DNA of 64,000 nucleotides, taken from IMG/VR virus record IMGVR_UViG_3300037780_000034, positions 64,001 through 128,000 of that record; one strand, given 5' to 3'. Shown piece after piece: positions 29,434-39,903 of this stretch. The DNA comes from a virus (Duplodnaviria > Caudoviricetes). The translations under genes were made by a program, and so were the position numbers. The first letter of the stretch is position 1, and the number at the start of each line of letters is the position of its first letter. The notes under the pieces are model-generated. The model made no database searches. It was not told the DNA's origin and saw nothing but the letters and a program-made list of their open reading frames with translations.

Positions 29434-29993
29434 ACCTGTAGAAATATTAAACACAACATATTGAGCGAATGATTAACCTTGGACAAGAAGTTTACGAACA
29501 CGTAAGCAATATGTACGGAGCACCATTGGGAGGACATTTAGCAGAATGACCGAGCCTTTAGAAGTACACAAAGACTTTAACGAAGCTGTTGTTGAGTTTT
29601 GGCATAGCGACGAAAACCGTCCTTTTGCTAAAATACACGCAGACGAATTAAGAGTCTATGAAGATAGAATAGAAGTTTATAGCAGGGACTATTCTTATCC
29701 TATTCTCGTAGTCCGAGAGTATGGCTGGTGGAGAGAAGCAGAATGAAAGTTAATATTAAACCACAACAAATTATTCCTGCTAGTTACAGTATTCGTTTCG
29801 ATGAAGACCGTGATTATGCTGGATACATTGTTCAAACACAACCGTATGAAGATCGGTTGAGACCCGACATTGAATCTTGGTTAAACACAAACGCTATAGG
29901 TTAGAGTGTAAATTTTGATCGTGGTGGATGTCTTGCATATGGATTTTATTTGGAGAATGAAAATGGTTGAACCTGTAGAAATAGTAAACACAA
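29382..29993. repeat. direct repeat: 65 nt exact (75 nt with 1 mismatch) at 29382-29456 and 29919-29993
   Basis: TCGTGGTGGATGTCTTGCATATGG...GAACCTGTAGAAATA occurs twice, 537 nt apart. Confidence 0.9.
29546..29746 (+). CDS. hypothetical protein inside the repeat-flanked insert
   Basis: 66-aa ORF, SD-like GGAGGA upstream. Confidence 0.5.
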   Translation: MTEPLEVHKDFNEAVVEFWHSDENRPFAKIHADELRVYEDRIEVYSRDYSYPILVVREYGWWREAE

Positions 29994-30448
29994 AGTATCT
30001 TTCCAAAGACGGTAAGATGTATGACACCTATGAAAAAGCAGAAACTGCCGACAAAGAATTTGAGCAAAAAAACAGCTTTGATCCTGCAAAGGAAGTTGCC
30101 AGATTGGAAAAAATGACCGAAATTAATTTTTCACGAATTCAGAAACAAATTGACAATGGAAAAGATGCGTTTCCTTCATTCTGGATGACTGAACAAAAGT
30201 ATGGGCAAGACTATTACATGTGTAGCAATTTTTCAGATATGGAAGAAATGGGATGGTCTGCATTTCTTATGTGGTATGACTATTATATTTGTCACGACGA
30301 TGAAACCGTTTCTGTTGTAGAAGCAATTAAATTAACAGAAAACAAAAAAGCAGCACTTGCATTTGTTCTAGATCGTGTTTCACAGGGTTACGAGTATGAA
30401 AGACTGGAAAAAATCGCAATGATAAGATTTGGTGATAAAAATGGATAA
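29963..30448 (+). CDS. hypothetical protein
   Basis: starts MVEPVEI at ATG 29963 with a GGAGA SD. Confidence 0.55.
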   Translation: MVEPVEIVNTKYLSKDGKMYDTYEKAETADKEFEQKNSFDPAKEVARLEKMTEINFSRIQKQIDNGKDAFPSFWMTEQKYGQDYYMCSNFSDMEEMGWSAFLMWYDYYICHDDETVSVVEAIKLTENKKAALAFVLDRVSQGYEYERLEKIAMIRFGDKNG

Positions 30449-30615
30449 AGATCAAATTATTGAATGGCTTTATGATAATCTTACATTAGAATCTAAAACA
30501 ATATATGATTCTTATGGTAATACAACGGGCTGTGAAATTAAGATTGAGATTTACCATAACAAAGAAAACCTAACATTAACACAAACTGAAATATATTTTA
30601 ATTAAAGAATAATAC

Positions 30616-31609
30616 ATCAACTAAAGGAGCTTTAGTATGAAAAAAATTTATCTTTGCGGACCAACCCTATACTCTGATATTCATATCGGGAACGCTAGAA
30701 GTATGGTTCTGTTTGATGTAATTTCAGAATATTATCGTAGAACAGAAGGCGTCATTTATATTAGAAATATTACTGATGTAGATGATAAAATCATATCTTT
30801 AGCAGGAGAACAACACCCCGCAGAATGGGTTAATGAAAATACATTAAAATCATTCGTTGATGCAAAAAAATTTCTTAGTCTAAAAGACCCAGATTACGAA
30901 CCTCGTGCATCAAACTTTATTGATGATATGATTTTGTATATACAAAATTTAGAAAAAAAGGGTTATACGTTTTCTCTTGAAGACGGTATATATCTTGATA
31001 TTACTAAAGTAGATTATCCTACAAAAATTTCAAATCGTCCTGTTGGATCAAAACAAGATTCATTTGCTATTTGGAAATTTACAGATGTTGGATATACTTG
31101 GGATAGTCCGTGGGGCAAAGGTCGCCCTGGCTGGCATACCGAATGTGCAGTAATGATTGATAAATTATTAGGAAAAGTAGATTTACATGGTGGAGGAAAT
31201 GATTTACTATTCCCACATCACGAAAATGAAAATATTCAATGCCGGTGCACTAATGGTCACGATATTTCTGTTAATTGGCTACACGTAGGATTTGTAAAAG
31301 TCAATAATGAAAAAATGTCTAAAAGTGCAGGAAATGTTATAACAGTAAAACAATTGGAAAAAGATTGGAGTAGTGAAGCAATTCGTGTATTTTTGTTGAT
31401 GGCTTCTTATTCTAAGCCTATTGATTTTACTATGGCAAGAATGAAGGAAGCCGAAACTATATCAATTAGAAGACCAGAAGCTGCTTGGTTGACAACAGAA
31501 GAATGGTCTGATAAAATGCTAAAAAAGTTAGAAAACAACTTCGATACCAGACTGTAGAAAAGTGACAGAACAAAATAAACACAAAATCAACTAAAGGAGT
31601 TTTAGGATG
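30616..31609. repeat. 24-nt direct repeat of the ribosome-binding region flanking the CysRS-like gene
   Basis: ATCAACTAAAGGAGCTTTAGTATG (30616) vs ATCAACTAAAGGAGTTTTAGGATG (31586), 22/24 identical. Confidence 0.8.
30637..31557 (+). CDS. cysteinyl-tRNA synthetase catalytic core lacking the anticodon-binding domain
   Basis: CGPT, HIGNAR, RNITDVDDKI, GRPGWHTEC, HGGGNDLLFPHHENE, KMSKS; ends at 306 aa just after LENNFDT. Confidence 0.85.
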   Translation: MKKIYLCGPTLYSDIHIGNARSMVLFDVISEYYRRTEGVIYIRNITDVDDKIISLAGEQHPAEWVNENTLKSFVDAKKFLSLKDPDYEPRASNFIDDMILYIQNLEKKGYTFSLEDGIYLDITKVDYPTKISNRPVGSKQDSFAIWKFTDVGYTWDSPWGKGRPGWHTECAVMIDKLLGKVDLHGGGNDLLFPHHENENIQCRCTNGHDISVNWLHVGFVKVNNEKMSKSAGNVITVKQLEKDWSSEAIRVFLLMASYSKPIDFTMARMKEAETISIRRPEAAWLTTEEWSDKMLKKLENNFDTRL

Positions 31610-32224
31610 GAAATTATTAACGAAGTAATTACATATTTCTCAGGAACTTGGGGAATGGTAGAATTAGCAGGAACTATTTTTAGTTTAATCTGCGTATATC
31701 TTGCAACAAAACATAATCAATGGACTTGGTTCTTTGGTGCATTGGGAGTCATTCTATTTGGTGCACTGTTTTATGAGTATAAACTGTATAGTGATGCAGT
31801 ATTGCAAATTTTATTCTTTTTACCCTTACAGGTTTGGGGATTTATGAAATGGCGCGATCTTGCAAATGAATCTGCAAATGATACCGTAACATTGTCACTA
31901 CAACCAAAAACAATAGCCATTATTATAGGATCAATACTTACATTAACTTTGATTAATGGATATGGTATGGCTACATACACAGATGCAAGTTTTCCATATG
32001 CAGATGCGTGGACTACTTGGTTAAGTGTATTTGCACAAATTCTAATGATCCGCAAATACTGGGAATCGTGGTCATTATGGATAATTATGGATGTCGCTGC
32101 GATTGGTATCTATTTTGCCAAAGGATTGTATGTAGTTTCAGGACTATATTTTATATTTCTTATCATTGCTACCATCGGACTATTTAAATGGTATCGTGAT
32201 TGGAAATCCCAACAAATTAATTAA
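31607..32224 (+). CDS. pnuC: nicotinamide riboside transporter PnuC
   Basis: multiple TM helices; LYSDAVLQ, FPYADAWTT, RKYWESWSLWIIMDV. Confidence 0.9.
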   Translation: MEIINEVITYFSGTWGMVELAGTIFSLICVYLATKHNQWTWFFGALGVILFGALFYEYKLYSDAVLQILFFLPLQVWGFMKWRDLANESANDTVTLSLQPKTIAIIIGSILTLTLINGYGMATYTDASFPYADAWTTWLSVFAQILMIRKYWESWSLWIIMDVAAIGIYFAKGLYVVSGLYFIFLIIATIGLFKWYRDWKSQQIN

Positions 32225-32229
32225 AACCT

Positions 32230-32253
32230 AAGAGAGGGGTATACCCCTCTCTT
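32230..32253 (+). terminator. palindromic hairpin between pnuC and the endonuclease gene
   Basis: AAGAGAGGGGTATACCCCTCTCTT, perfect 24-nt palindrome. Confidence 0.7.
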
Positions 32254-32879
32254 TGATATATAAAGAGAAAGTTGAAATGTCTAAAAAAAGAAATAACTTG
32301 ACTAAAGAAGAATGTCAAGAAAAGGCACTGCTTTGCAAAACCAGAAGTGAATTTGAAAAAACATATAATTCACATTATAAAAAAGCAAAACGGGAAAATT
32401 GGTTAGATGACATATGTCCACATATGGAAATTTTATTAAATAACTGGACCAAAGAAGAATGTCAAGAGAAGGCACTTCTCTGCGAAAGCAGAAGTGAATT
32501 TAAAAAAACATATAATTCACATTATAACAAAGCATTACGAGAAAATTGGTTAGATGACATATGTCCACATATGACTACAATCGTATTAGTAGACACTGTA
32601 TATATTTGGAATACGCTTGAAAATCCACAATTGTGGAAAATTGGAATAAGTAATCACTATACTGTAGAAAACCGAATTAATAAAGTTGGTAAAGAAGGTA
32701 ACATAACTCCACATTCCAAATATTGGAAAGTATTTGAAGATGACAATGTTTATAGTATTGAAAAAGAATTGTTAAAATTAGGAGAACCATATCAATTTAC
32801 TACTCCGTTTGATGGACATACTGAATTTCGTCTATTGACTGCCGAAGAAGAACAGTATATGAAGTCACTGATTGCATAA
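32253..32879 (+). mobile_element. free-standing GIY-YIG-like (T5orf172-type) homing endonuclease with two N-terminal 49-aa repeats
   Basis: VYIW...WKIGIS...RI and FDGHTE; 127-nt repeats at 32300-32426 and 32447-32573; sits between pnuC and nadR; likely ATG 32277. Confidence 0.6.
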
Positions 32880-32893
32880 GGGGATGCTTAACA

Positions 32894-33928
32894 ATGGTTA
32901 AAATTGGAATCACTATCGGAAAATTCATGCCGCTTCATCGTGGGCATGAACTATTGATTGATTTTGGGTCTTCAATGGTAGACCTTCTTTATGTTCTTGT
33001 ATCAGGTAAAGAAACTGATACTATTCCCCTAACTACACGGTATAACTGGGTATGGGATTATGTCAATAAAAATAATCTACAAAATGTAGAAGTAATTTAT
33101 CACGTTGATAATTCACCTACACCAATTAATGTAGATGAACACGGAACTGTTCTTGATCCAGAATTCCAAGAATATTGGAAAACAGAATTCAATCGCGTCA
33201 CCAACGCAACGCATTTTATTTCTAGTGATATGTATGGAAAAACTATGGCAGACCTTCTTGGTATCAAGTGGTTGCCAGTTGATCCAACACGTGAAATGAT
33301 CAATATCAGTGCAACACTCATTCGTAATGATCCTGTGACACATTTTGAAATGATTTCTGATGTTGCAAAACCGCATTATGTTAAAAAAATTGCTATAGTT
33401 GGTCCTGAAAGCAGTGGTAAATCCACTATGGTTAGTGATCTTGCTGATTTCTTTGGAAGTGAAATTGTCAATGAATATGGTCGCACATTGTGTGAAGTAA
33501 AAAACAATAATCTTACAAAAGAAGATTTTTTAGATATTATGCGGGGCCAACAGGCACTTATTGATAGTGTTACAAAAAAAGCAACCTCACCTTTTGTATT
33601 CATTGATACAGAAGCATATACCACTTATCTGTTTTCCAAAATTTATCTTGGAGAATATGTAGAAGAAATTCTTGATTTTGCACACAAACAAGAAATTGAT
33701 CATTATATTGTTTTATCTCCTGACATAGATTGGGTAGATGATGGAACACGTATTATGTCAAGATACAAGGATAGAGAAACATTTTATAAAGAAACAATAA
33801 AACTACTTGATTCGCAAAATAAATCTTTTGATGTAGTAAATGACGAAGATTATCGTAAGCGGTTTTGGAATGGGGTTGATGCAGTTCGTTATGTTAAATC
33901 GTTTTTGACTCATCCATTGACAACCTAA
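32894..33928 (+). CDS. nadR: NadR-like bifunctional NMN adenylyltransferase / ribosylnicotinamide kinase (no HTH)
   Basis: GKFMPLHRGH, ISATLIR, VGPESSGKST, EYGR, FIDTE, DWVDDGTR. Confidence 0.9.
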   Translation: MVKIGITIGKFMPLHRGHELLIDFGSSMVDLLYVLVSGKETDTIPLTTRYNWVWDYVNKNNLQNVEVIYHVDNSPTPINVDEHGTVLDPEFQEYWKTEFNRVTNATHFISSDMYGKTMADLLGIKWLPVDPTREMINISATLIRNDPVTHFEMISDVAKPHYVKKIAIVGPESSGKSTMVSDLADFFGSEIVNEYGRTLCEVKNNNLTKEDFLDIMRGQQALIDSVTKKATSPFVFIDTEAYTTYLFSKIYLGEYVEEILDFAHKQEIDHYIVLSPDIDWVDDGTRIMSRYKDRETFYKETIKLLDSQNKSFDVVNDEDYRKRFWNGVDAVRYVKSFLTHPLTT

Positions 33929-33945
33929 AACGAATCGTATACGCT
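33917..33945 (+). promoter_or_regulatory. sigma70-type promoter with GANTC
   Basis: TTGACA-17nt-TACGCT; GAATC at 33932-33936. Confidence 0.6.
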
Positions 33946-33978
33946 AAATTAGACAACATATGTAGAAGGAAGTATAGA

Positions 33979-34971
33979 ATGGGTTGTTGGAACGGAACTT
34001 GCGGGCTTAGTGGTCTGCCAATTATTCACGGTGAAGAAATGTATGTTTTTCCGATTTTGGAATCATATCGGGATAGCTTCTGTTACGCTACTGCACTGTA
34101 TCGCCCTAGCGTAGTGCCATTTCGCGCAGAATACAATGACTATGGTGCTGGTGAAAACTGCAGTGGTCCTGCACTAGAATTTCTTATTGCAGGAATTCGT
34201 GAAAATTTAATAGAAATGGAAGTTGGCGAAAATAAATATCACGACATTGCGGTAAAACGTGAAGGTTTTGATGTTGATATGTTTTTTGAAACATGCCACG
34301 AAAAGCGGCTTCGTATGAACAATCCTTTAAAATCATATCCTGGTCAGAAAGAATATCGTGAAATGTTCTTCACGATGATTCGTAAAGATGTTGTTGATCG
34401 TCTGTGGAATGAGTGGTCATTTGATATGTGGAAGGGTTCGGATGGTGATGTTCCAGAAGGATTTGAAGGCGACAAATACTATATTAAAAACGTCACTTAT
34501 GCGAAACTTGCTGAATTGATTCCACACTACATGGAACAAATGGCTGGAAAAGATAGCCCATATAAAAAAGCATTGGAAGGCATTGATGATGAATCAAAAT
34601 TACTAATGAAAGAATATTTCGGACGATATGCTTTCTTTGAAGGTTATCGTGAACACATTCTTTCTGGTTACTTTGGTCATGCATTTGGTAGTAGTTATGC
34701 TAGTGGTGGCTTCACTTCTATTGGAAATATTAAAGATAAAATTCTCGATGAATACTTTGACGGTGACAAAGAAGTAGCATATGAACTAATGCGTGAAGCA
34801 CTAGTTGGTATCATGATTAACAGTTTTATGGAATCAACCCGTAAAATCTGGTTGCCTTCTATGCATCAAGGTTCTCAAAGCGAATGCTATGATGAATATC
34901 GTTTGATGAATAAAATCACTACTGATATTATGAATGCACGCGAAAAACAATACGATTGTGATGAAGAGTAA
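33979..34971 (+). CDS. hypothetical protein
   Basis: 330 aa; MGCWNGTCGLSGLPI N-terminal Cys motif. Confidence 0.65.
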   Translation: MGCWNGTCGLSGLPIIHGEEMYVFPILESYRDSFCYATALYRPSVVPFRAEYNDYGAGENCSGPALEFLIAGIRENLIEMEVGENKYHDIAVKREGFDVDMFFETCHEKRLRMNNPLKSYPGQKEYREMFFTMIRKDVVDRLWNEWSFDMWKGSDGDVPEGFEGDKYYIKNVTYAKLAELIPHYMEQMAGKDSPYKKALEGIDDESKLLMKEYFGRYAFFEGYREHILSGYFGHAFGSSYASGGFTSIGNIKDKILDEYFDGDKEVAYELMREALVGIMINSFMESTRKIWLPSMHQGSQSECYDEYRLMNKITTDIMNAREKQYDCDEE

Positions 34972-34988
34972 AAAAGGAAATTCATATT

Positions 34989-35474
34989 ATGAAACTTTAT
35001 ATTCCTGAAATTGGAGATCAATTTAAGTTAATAAATGATTGGACATTTGATCTATATAACGAGCAAAGAAATAAAAGTTTGTGGGATTTATATGAATGCG
35101 AAAATTCTCATAGCGTTTCGCTTCAACGTGTGGAAGAAAAAAATGCTAATGAAGAAATTAATAAAATTGCAAACAAGTATTATATATCAAATGGTTATAG
35201 GTATACCAGATATACTGAATGGGATCAGAATGATATAGATAGATATAATGAGCTTGATGACATTCGTAGAAAATTTACTTCATGTTTAGTTAAAATTCCA
35301 AAAGATTCCATTTTAAAGTTGGATCGTATTTTTATCCGAAAAGGAATGGATGATTGGAGTTCATTGACATTTTATCTAACTCATCATCCGGATATTTCTT
35401 TTAAAAAGAAGCCTAGATTTTGGGCAAAACTGCATGATTGTAACAATATAGAATTTGACCAAGTTTCTACTTGA
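34989..35474 (+). CDS. hypothetical protein
   Basis: 161 aa; YIPEIGD...LDRIFIRKG...SSLTF. Confidence 0.6.
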   Translation: MKLYIPEIGDQFKLINDWTFDLYNEQRNKSLWDLYECENSHSVSLQRVEEKNANEEINKIANKYYISNGYRYTRYTEWDQNDIDRYNELDDIRRKFTSCLVKIPKDSILKLDRIFIRKGMDDWSSLTFYLTHHPDISFKKKPRFWAKLHDCNNIEFDQVST

Positions 35475-35501
35475 CATTGTTATATGAATCCTGTATAAAT
35501 A
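35471..35501 (+). promoter_or_regulatory. sigma70-type promoter overlapping a TATAAATA late-type box
   Basis: TTGACA-17nt-(TG)TATAAA(TA); GAATC at 35486-35490. Confidence 0.7.
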
Positions 35502-35542
35502 TAAACACAGAACAAGAGTTCTTGTAATAGCAAAAGGAGTTT

Positions 35543-36580
35543 TTGCAAATGAATAAAAAATTTAATACATTGGTATTTTGTGGTAGATTTTCTCCATTTC
35601 ATCTTGGACATAAGGCTGTAGTTGATCGTGCACTAGAATTGGCAGATGAAGTCGTCATCGTAGTGGGGTCCAGCTTTCAAGCACGAAGCACAAAAAATCC
35701 CTTCACATTTGAAGAACGTAAAGATATGATCAAAGCATTGTATCCAAACGATAATGTTAAAATTGTAGGGGTGCAAGATTATCCATACGACGACAATGCT
35801 TGGGTCAGTGCAGTTCAACGAGCAGTTAACAGCGTAAAAACTGGAACAAATACTGGTCTTATTGGTCATTCTAAAGATCACAGTTCATATTATCTTAAAA
35901 TTTTTCCAGATTGGAGAAATCACGTTGAAGTTGGCAATGTGGATGGAATAAATGCAACAGATATCAGAGCAATGATTTTTGGCAAAAATGTTAATCCAAA
36001 AAATATTTCTAAAATGATGCCAGACAAATCATATGATGTTATGTCATTGAATCTTATCAAAAATGGAAAAATTGGAGGATGGTATGACCATATTTGTCAA
36101 GAATATTCAGAAATAATTAAATATCACGAGGATTGGGAAAATGCTCCATATCCGCCAACATTTGTTACAACTGATGCGGTTCTTACACAAAGTGGTTACA
36201 TTCTGCTTATCAAGCGTGGGAAATTTCCATTTAAAGGGTGTTGGGCACTTCCAGGCGGATACCTTGCAAAAGGACAATTCATTGTTGATAATATGATCAA
36301 GGAACTTCGTGAAGAAACTTGTGTAAAAGTTCCTTCAAAAGTGTTGAAAGGGTCTGTTAAAGATGTTCAAATTTTTGATCATCCTGACCGTGATCCACGT
36401 GGACGAACTATTACTCACGGATTTTTCATTGATCTTGGATACCCAGATGAAAAACTGCCAAAGGTAAAAAACGGGGATGATGCCGCACATGCAGAATGGG
36501 TTCATCTAAGTGAACTAAAAAGTGATATGTTTGCATTTGATCATTTTCATATAATAAATCGCTTTATTCCAGTATATTAA
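35543..36580 (+). CDS. bifunctional NMN adenylyltransferase / Nudix hydrolase (NadM-Nudix, KVP40 NatV-like)
   Basis: GRFSPFHLGH, NPFTFEER, INATDIR, WALPGG...RELREET Nudix box, RDPRGR, DDA. Confidence 0.92.
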   Translation: MQMNKKFNTLVFCGRFSPFHLGHKAVVDRALELADEVVIVVGSSFQARSTKNPFTFEERKDMIKALYPNDNVKIVGVQDYPYDDNAWVSAVQRAVNSVKTGTNTGLIGHSKDHSSYYLKIFPDWRNHVEVGNVDGINATDIRAMIFGKNVNPKNISKMMPDKSYDVMSLNLIKNGKIGGWYDHICQEYSEIIKYHEDWENAPYPPTFVTTDAVLTQSGYILLIKRGKFPFKGCWALPGGYLAKGQFIVDNMIKELREETCVKVPSKVLKGSVKDVQIFDHPDRDPRGRTITHGFFIDLGYPDEKLPKVKNGDDAAHAEWVHLSELKSDMFAFDHFHIINRFIPVY

Positions 36581-36667
36581 GGAAAGTCAGATGAATTATA
36601 AGCTATGTCATATAGAACAACGCGCTGATGGTCTATGGTATATTGTGAATCCAGATTGCAATAAATC

Positions 36668-38014
36668 GTGGAGACAAGGATACAAAACAAAAGGATGGGC
36701 TACCAGAACATTAAACTGGTTGGTAAAAAAATGACAATCACTATAATACAAATAGGCGAAAAAGAAATCAAGTGTGGCAAATGTTTGTCACACTTGAAAT
36801 ACAATCAGTTGGATGTCAAAGAATATGAAATAAACCACGATTATCTTGGAGACTTTGATACGATATATGGTATCAAGTGTCCTGTTTGCAGTAATATCGT
36901 AAAGGATAAATAAGATGGAACTACAGCGTATCTATTTTAAAGCAGAAAGCATTGTTGAAAGCGATATGTCTTGGGAAGAAAAATATGATCTGATTTTCAG
37001 TTCAGAGATTTCTCAAAAGGTGTGCAAACTTGCCCGTGGGTTTGATTACTATGATCCTGATACCACATACGAGGAAGATGTGATGGCATTCTTCAACAGT
37101 TTCAAAGAATATTTGTGGGGCTGATATGACTGTTAACGAATTAATTAAACAACTGAGTGATCACGATCCAAACATGGAAGTCTATGTGACCACGAAAAAA
37201 GAAAACTGCAATGATATTGTCAATGTAGATTATGAATTGTTTTCATGTCATGGTCGGTATCGTGGTGTTTATATTGAAATTAGGGAAGAATAATGAAAAT
37301 TCTATTATTTGCAGCAATAATCCTAGCCATTCCTAGTGTAGCACAAGCTGAATATAAATGTATGATTGAATCATCACATGGTCGTTCTCAGGTGCGGACT
37401 ATGGAATCGTTTGTTACATTAAAACAAGCAGAAAACACTGTAAAAAATTACGTGATTGAAAACCCACAACTTATAAATCGGAATAGTAATAGACGAACTG
37501 ATACTGCAAGCAGCCAGGAAGCATATTTGATATGCTTTGATGATGCAGGTGAAACAGTGTTATCAAAGTATTACAGGTCTGTTCCGAATTGCGAAGTGAG
37601 CAAATGGGATGGTAGTTTTGAATGTGAAGATTTTGTGATTGAATAAAAAATGATAAATTTATATCAAACTTGGAAAGATGATAAAGAAACCGAACCCAAG
37701 AAAAACAAAAATCATACAGAGCATAAGTGTATTTTTTTAGGTAATAACTAATGCCAACAATGATTGATAAAAAATGTAAACACTGTAGCAGTAATATCAC
37801 TGTTCGTCTTGCTGATCACAATCGTGGTTGGGGAAACTTTTGTAACAAAAGTTGTAAAGCAAAATATCAAGAAAAACGCAATGGACAACATGCTGCATAT
37901 CGGAATGGTCGTGGGGTTAGCAACTTGCATCCTGAGCGTTTGAAAGATTACACAGATAATTACGATGATAGTCATCCATTTTCTCCAGATGGATTAGGAC
38001 AATGGTTAGATTGA
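36668..38014 (+). CDS. small hypothetical proteins (36668-36913 Zn-ribbon, 36915-37124, 37293-37646 signal peptide, 37751-38014 Cys-rich)
   Basis: CGKC/CPVC and CKHC/CNKSC pairs; hydrophobic N-terminus in the 37293 ORF. Confidence 0.5.
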
Positions 38015-38044
38015 CATAATATCAATTTATTATAAGGATAAAAA

Positions 38045-38596
38045 ATGATTGAAAATGAAGTAAAATATGTATTATCATTAAATTCTTTTGATCATACCAG
38101 TATTATTAATAATTCTAAAATATTAGAAATAAAACAAGGTTATGATAAAAATGGTGCACGGTTCAGAAAACAAAACAACGAATACTTTTTTAATTATAAA
38201 ACTATTACAAAAGCAGGGGTTGACGAGTTTGAACTAAAAATTTCAAAAGAAGAGTTTGATCGTTGTTATGATACGTGTATAGAAAAGTTACACAAGAAAA
38301 GATACACACTAAAAGATCATTTTGGAAATACTTGGGATATAGATTTTTTTCTAAATGACGACAAATTATATTTTGCAATGGCAGAATGTGAAATGTTAAA
38401 TGAAAATCAAGAATTTCCAGAAAAAATAATAGATTTTGTTGATAAATTTTGTGTGTATGTTGTTCCAAGAAAACATACAAAAAAATATTCAAGCAGAAAA
38501 CTTTCAAATGTGGAATATGCAAAAACTGTGTTTGAAAAAATAGATGGATTAAATAAGGTTTTGGAAAACTCTTACAAATCTGCTAATGCTGCTTGA
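38045..38596 (+). CDS. CYTH-domain protein
   Basis: ENEVKY (ExExK), IKQGY, ARFRK, EFELKI, KKRY, WDIDFF, AECE. Confidence 0.8.
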   Translation: MIENEVKYVLSLNSFDHTSIINNSKILEIKQGYDKNGARFRKQNNEYFFNYKTITKAGVDEFELKISKEEFDRCYDTCIEKLHKKRYTLKDHFGNTWDIDFFLNDDKLYFAMAECEMLNENQEFPEKIIDFVDKFCVYVVPRKHTKKYSSRKLSNVEYAKTVFEKIDGLNKVLENSYKSANAA

Positions 38597-38621
38597 CAAT
38601 CACTATGAAGTAACGTATAGT
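38593..38621 (+). promoter_or_regulatory. sigma70-type promoter
   Basis: TTGACA-17nt-TATAGT. Confidence 0.7.
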
Positions 38622-38654
38622 GACGTATAAGAACCACAAAGCAAGGACAACACA

Positions 38655-38957
38655 ATGACTACTACAATTGTAAAAGAAGTATTTTCAGTATCTGAACAAG
38701 TAGAAAATGCTCGTTCTTTACAAGATGTTTTAACTCATTTAGTTACAGAAGTCGGTGAACTTGCACTTGAAATACAAATTTCAGAAGGAAAATCATATAA
38801 AAATAGTGGTTCAGATGGAATAGTAGGGGAAGCAATTGATGTAATCGTTTGTGCATTAGACATAATTAAATTACATAATCCAAAAATAAAAGAAGATTAT
38901 GATTTATATCCTACTGTGTTAAGAAAACTAAATAAATGGAAAGAAACGTGCAAATGA
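38655..38957 (+). CDS. MazG-like nucleotide pyrophosphohydrolase
   Basis: LVTEVGELA...GEAIDVIVCALD. Confidence 0.75.
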   Translation: MTTTIVKEVFSVSEQVENARSLQDVLTHLVTEVGELALEIQISEGKSYKNSGSDGIVGEAIDVIVCALDIIKLHNPKIKEDYDLYPTVLRKLNKWKETCK

Positions 38958-39096
38958 CCCACATTTATAAAGTTTTATGTTTTTTTGGATATCACAAAAT
39001 GTTATTTGGGTATGTTCATCCAACTTATCCAAATGGATGGTATGACAAATGTAAACATTGTGGATATAAAAGTGAACCATATGAGATAGAAGACCA

Positions 39097-39874
39097 ATGT
39101 TGACAACAGCCCAACTATATGATATGATGTCAAGAGAAATCACAAAACAAAGGATGAATAACATGTTCCCTGAATACGTAAATTATAAAACAGAAAATTC
39201 TGATAACAAACAAAATAAAAAATTCTGGATGATTACTGGCGATAGAAATTCACCAAAAGTTCGTCATTATAACTATGAAGATGCTCTTAGAGAAGCAAAT
39301 CGTCTTTCAAGAAATAATCCAGGAACTGAATATTTTATTTTGGAAGCTGTTGAAAAAATTACACTTCCTACTGGTGTAATTCGTGAAAAATTATAGGAAA
39401 TAAAATGAGTTATCGTAAAATTACAGTAGACGGAAAAGAATACGAATACAGTATTGGTCGCACACACGTAAAAATAAAAGGTGTTGGAGTTTGGCTAAAA
39501 GAAGAAGTAGGTGAAAACTTTGCTAAAATATGCGGTTGTGGTTGTGGTGAACCAGTAGATACAATTTATTCACAAGAAAAACTTACAGAACATGATTATA
39601 CAATACGTGTACATCCTAAACATATTGCAGAAAAAATTAGGAAAGAAGTATAATGGAAGCCGATGCAGACAATGAAGAATATAGTGAAGGTTCAGAAGCA
39701 CTTGAATTGCTAAAAGAACTATCACCAAATTATAAAGTCAAAGAAGTAACCCCAGATGAACTAAATAAAGAAGTAGCTGATGCTATCAAGCTACTTGGAG
39801 ATAATGAAATACTATGGGTAGAGCCTAACGGAAGTATTAATATCGAAAGCATAGATAAAAAACTACCCAACTAA
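39097..39874 (+). CDS. three small hypothetical proteins (39097-39396, 39405-39653, 39653-39874)
   Basis: tiled ORFs; the first has a HxxYEDAxxEAxRL pattern. Confidence 0.5.
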
Positions 39875-39903
39875 AACAAATCATCAATTATAGGAGTTAT
39901 AAG

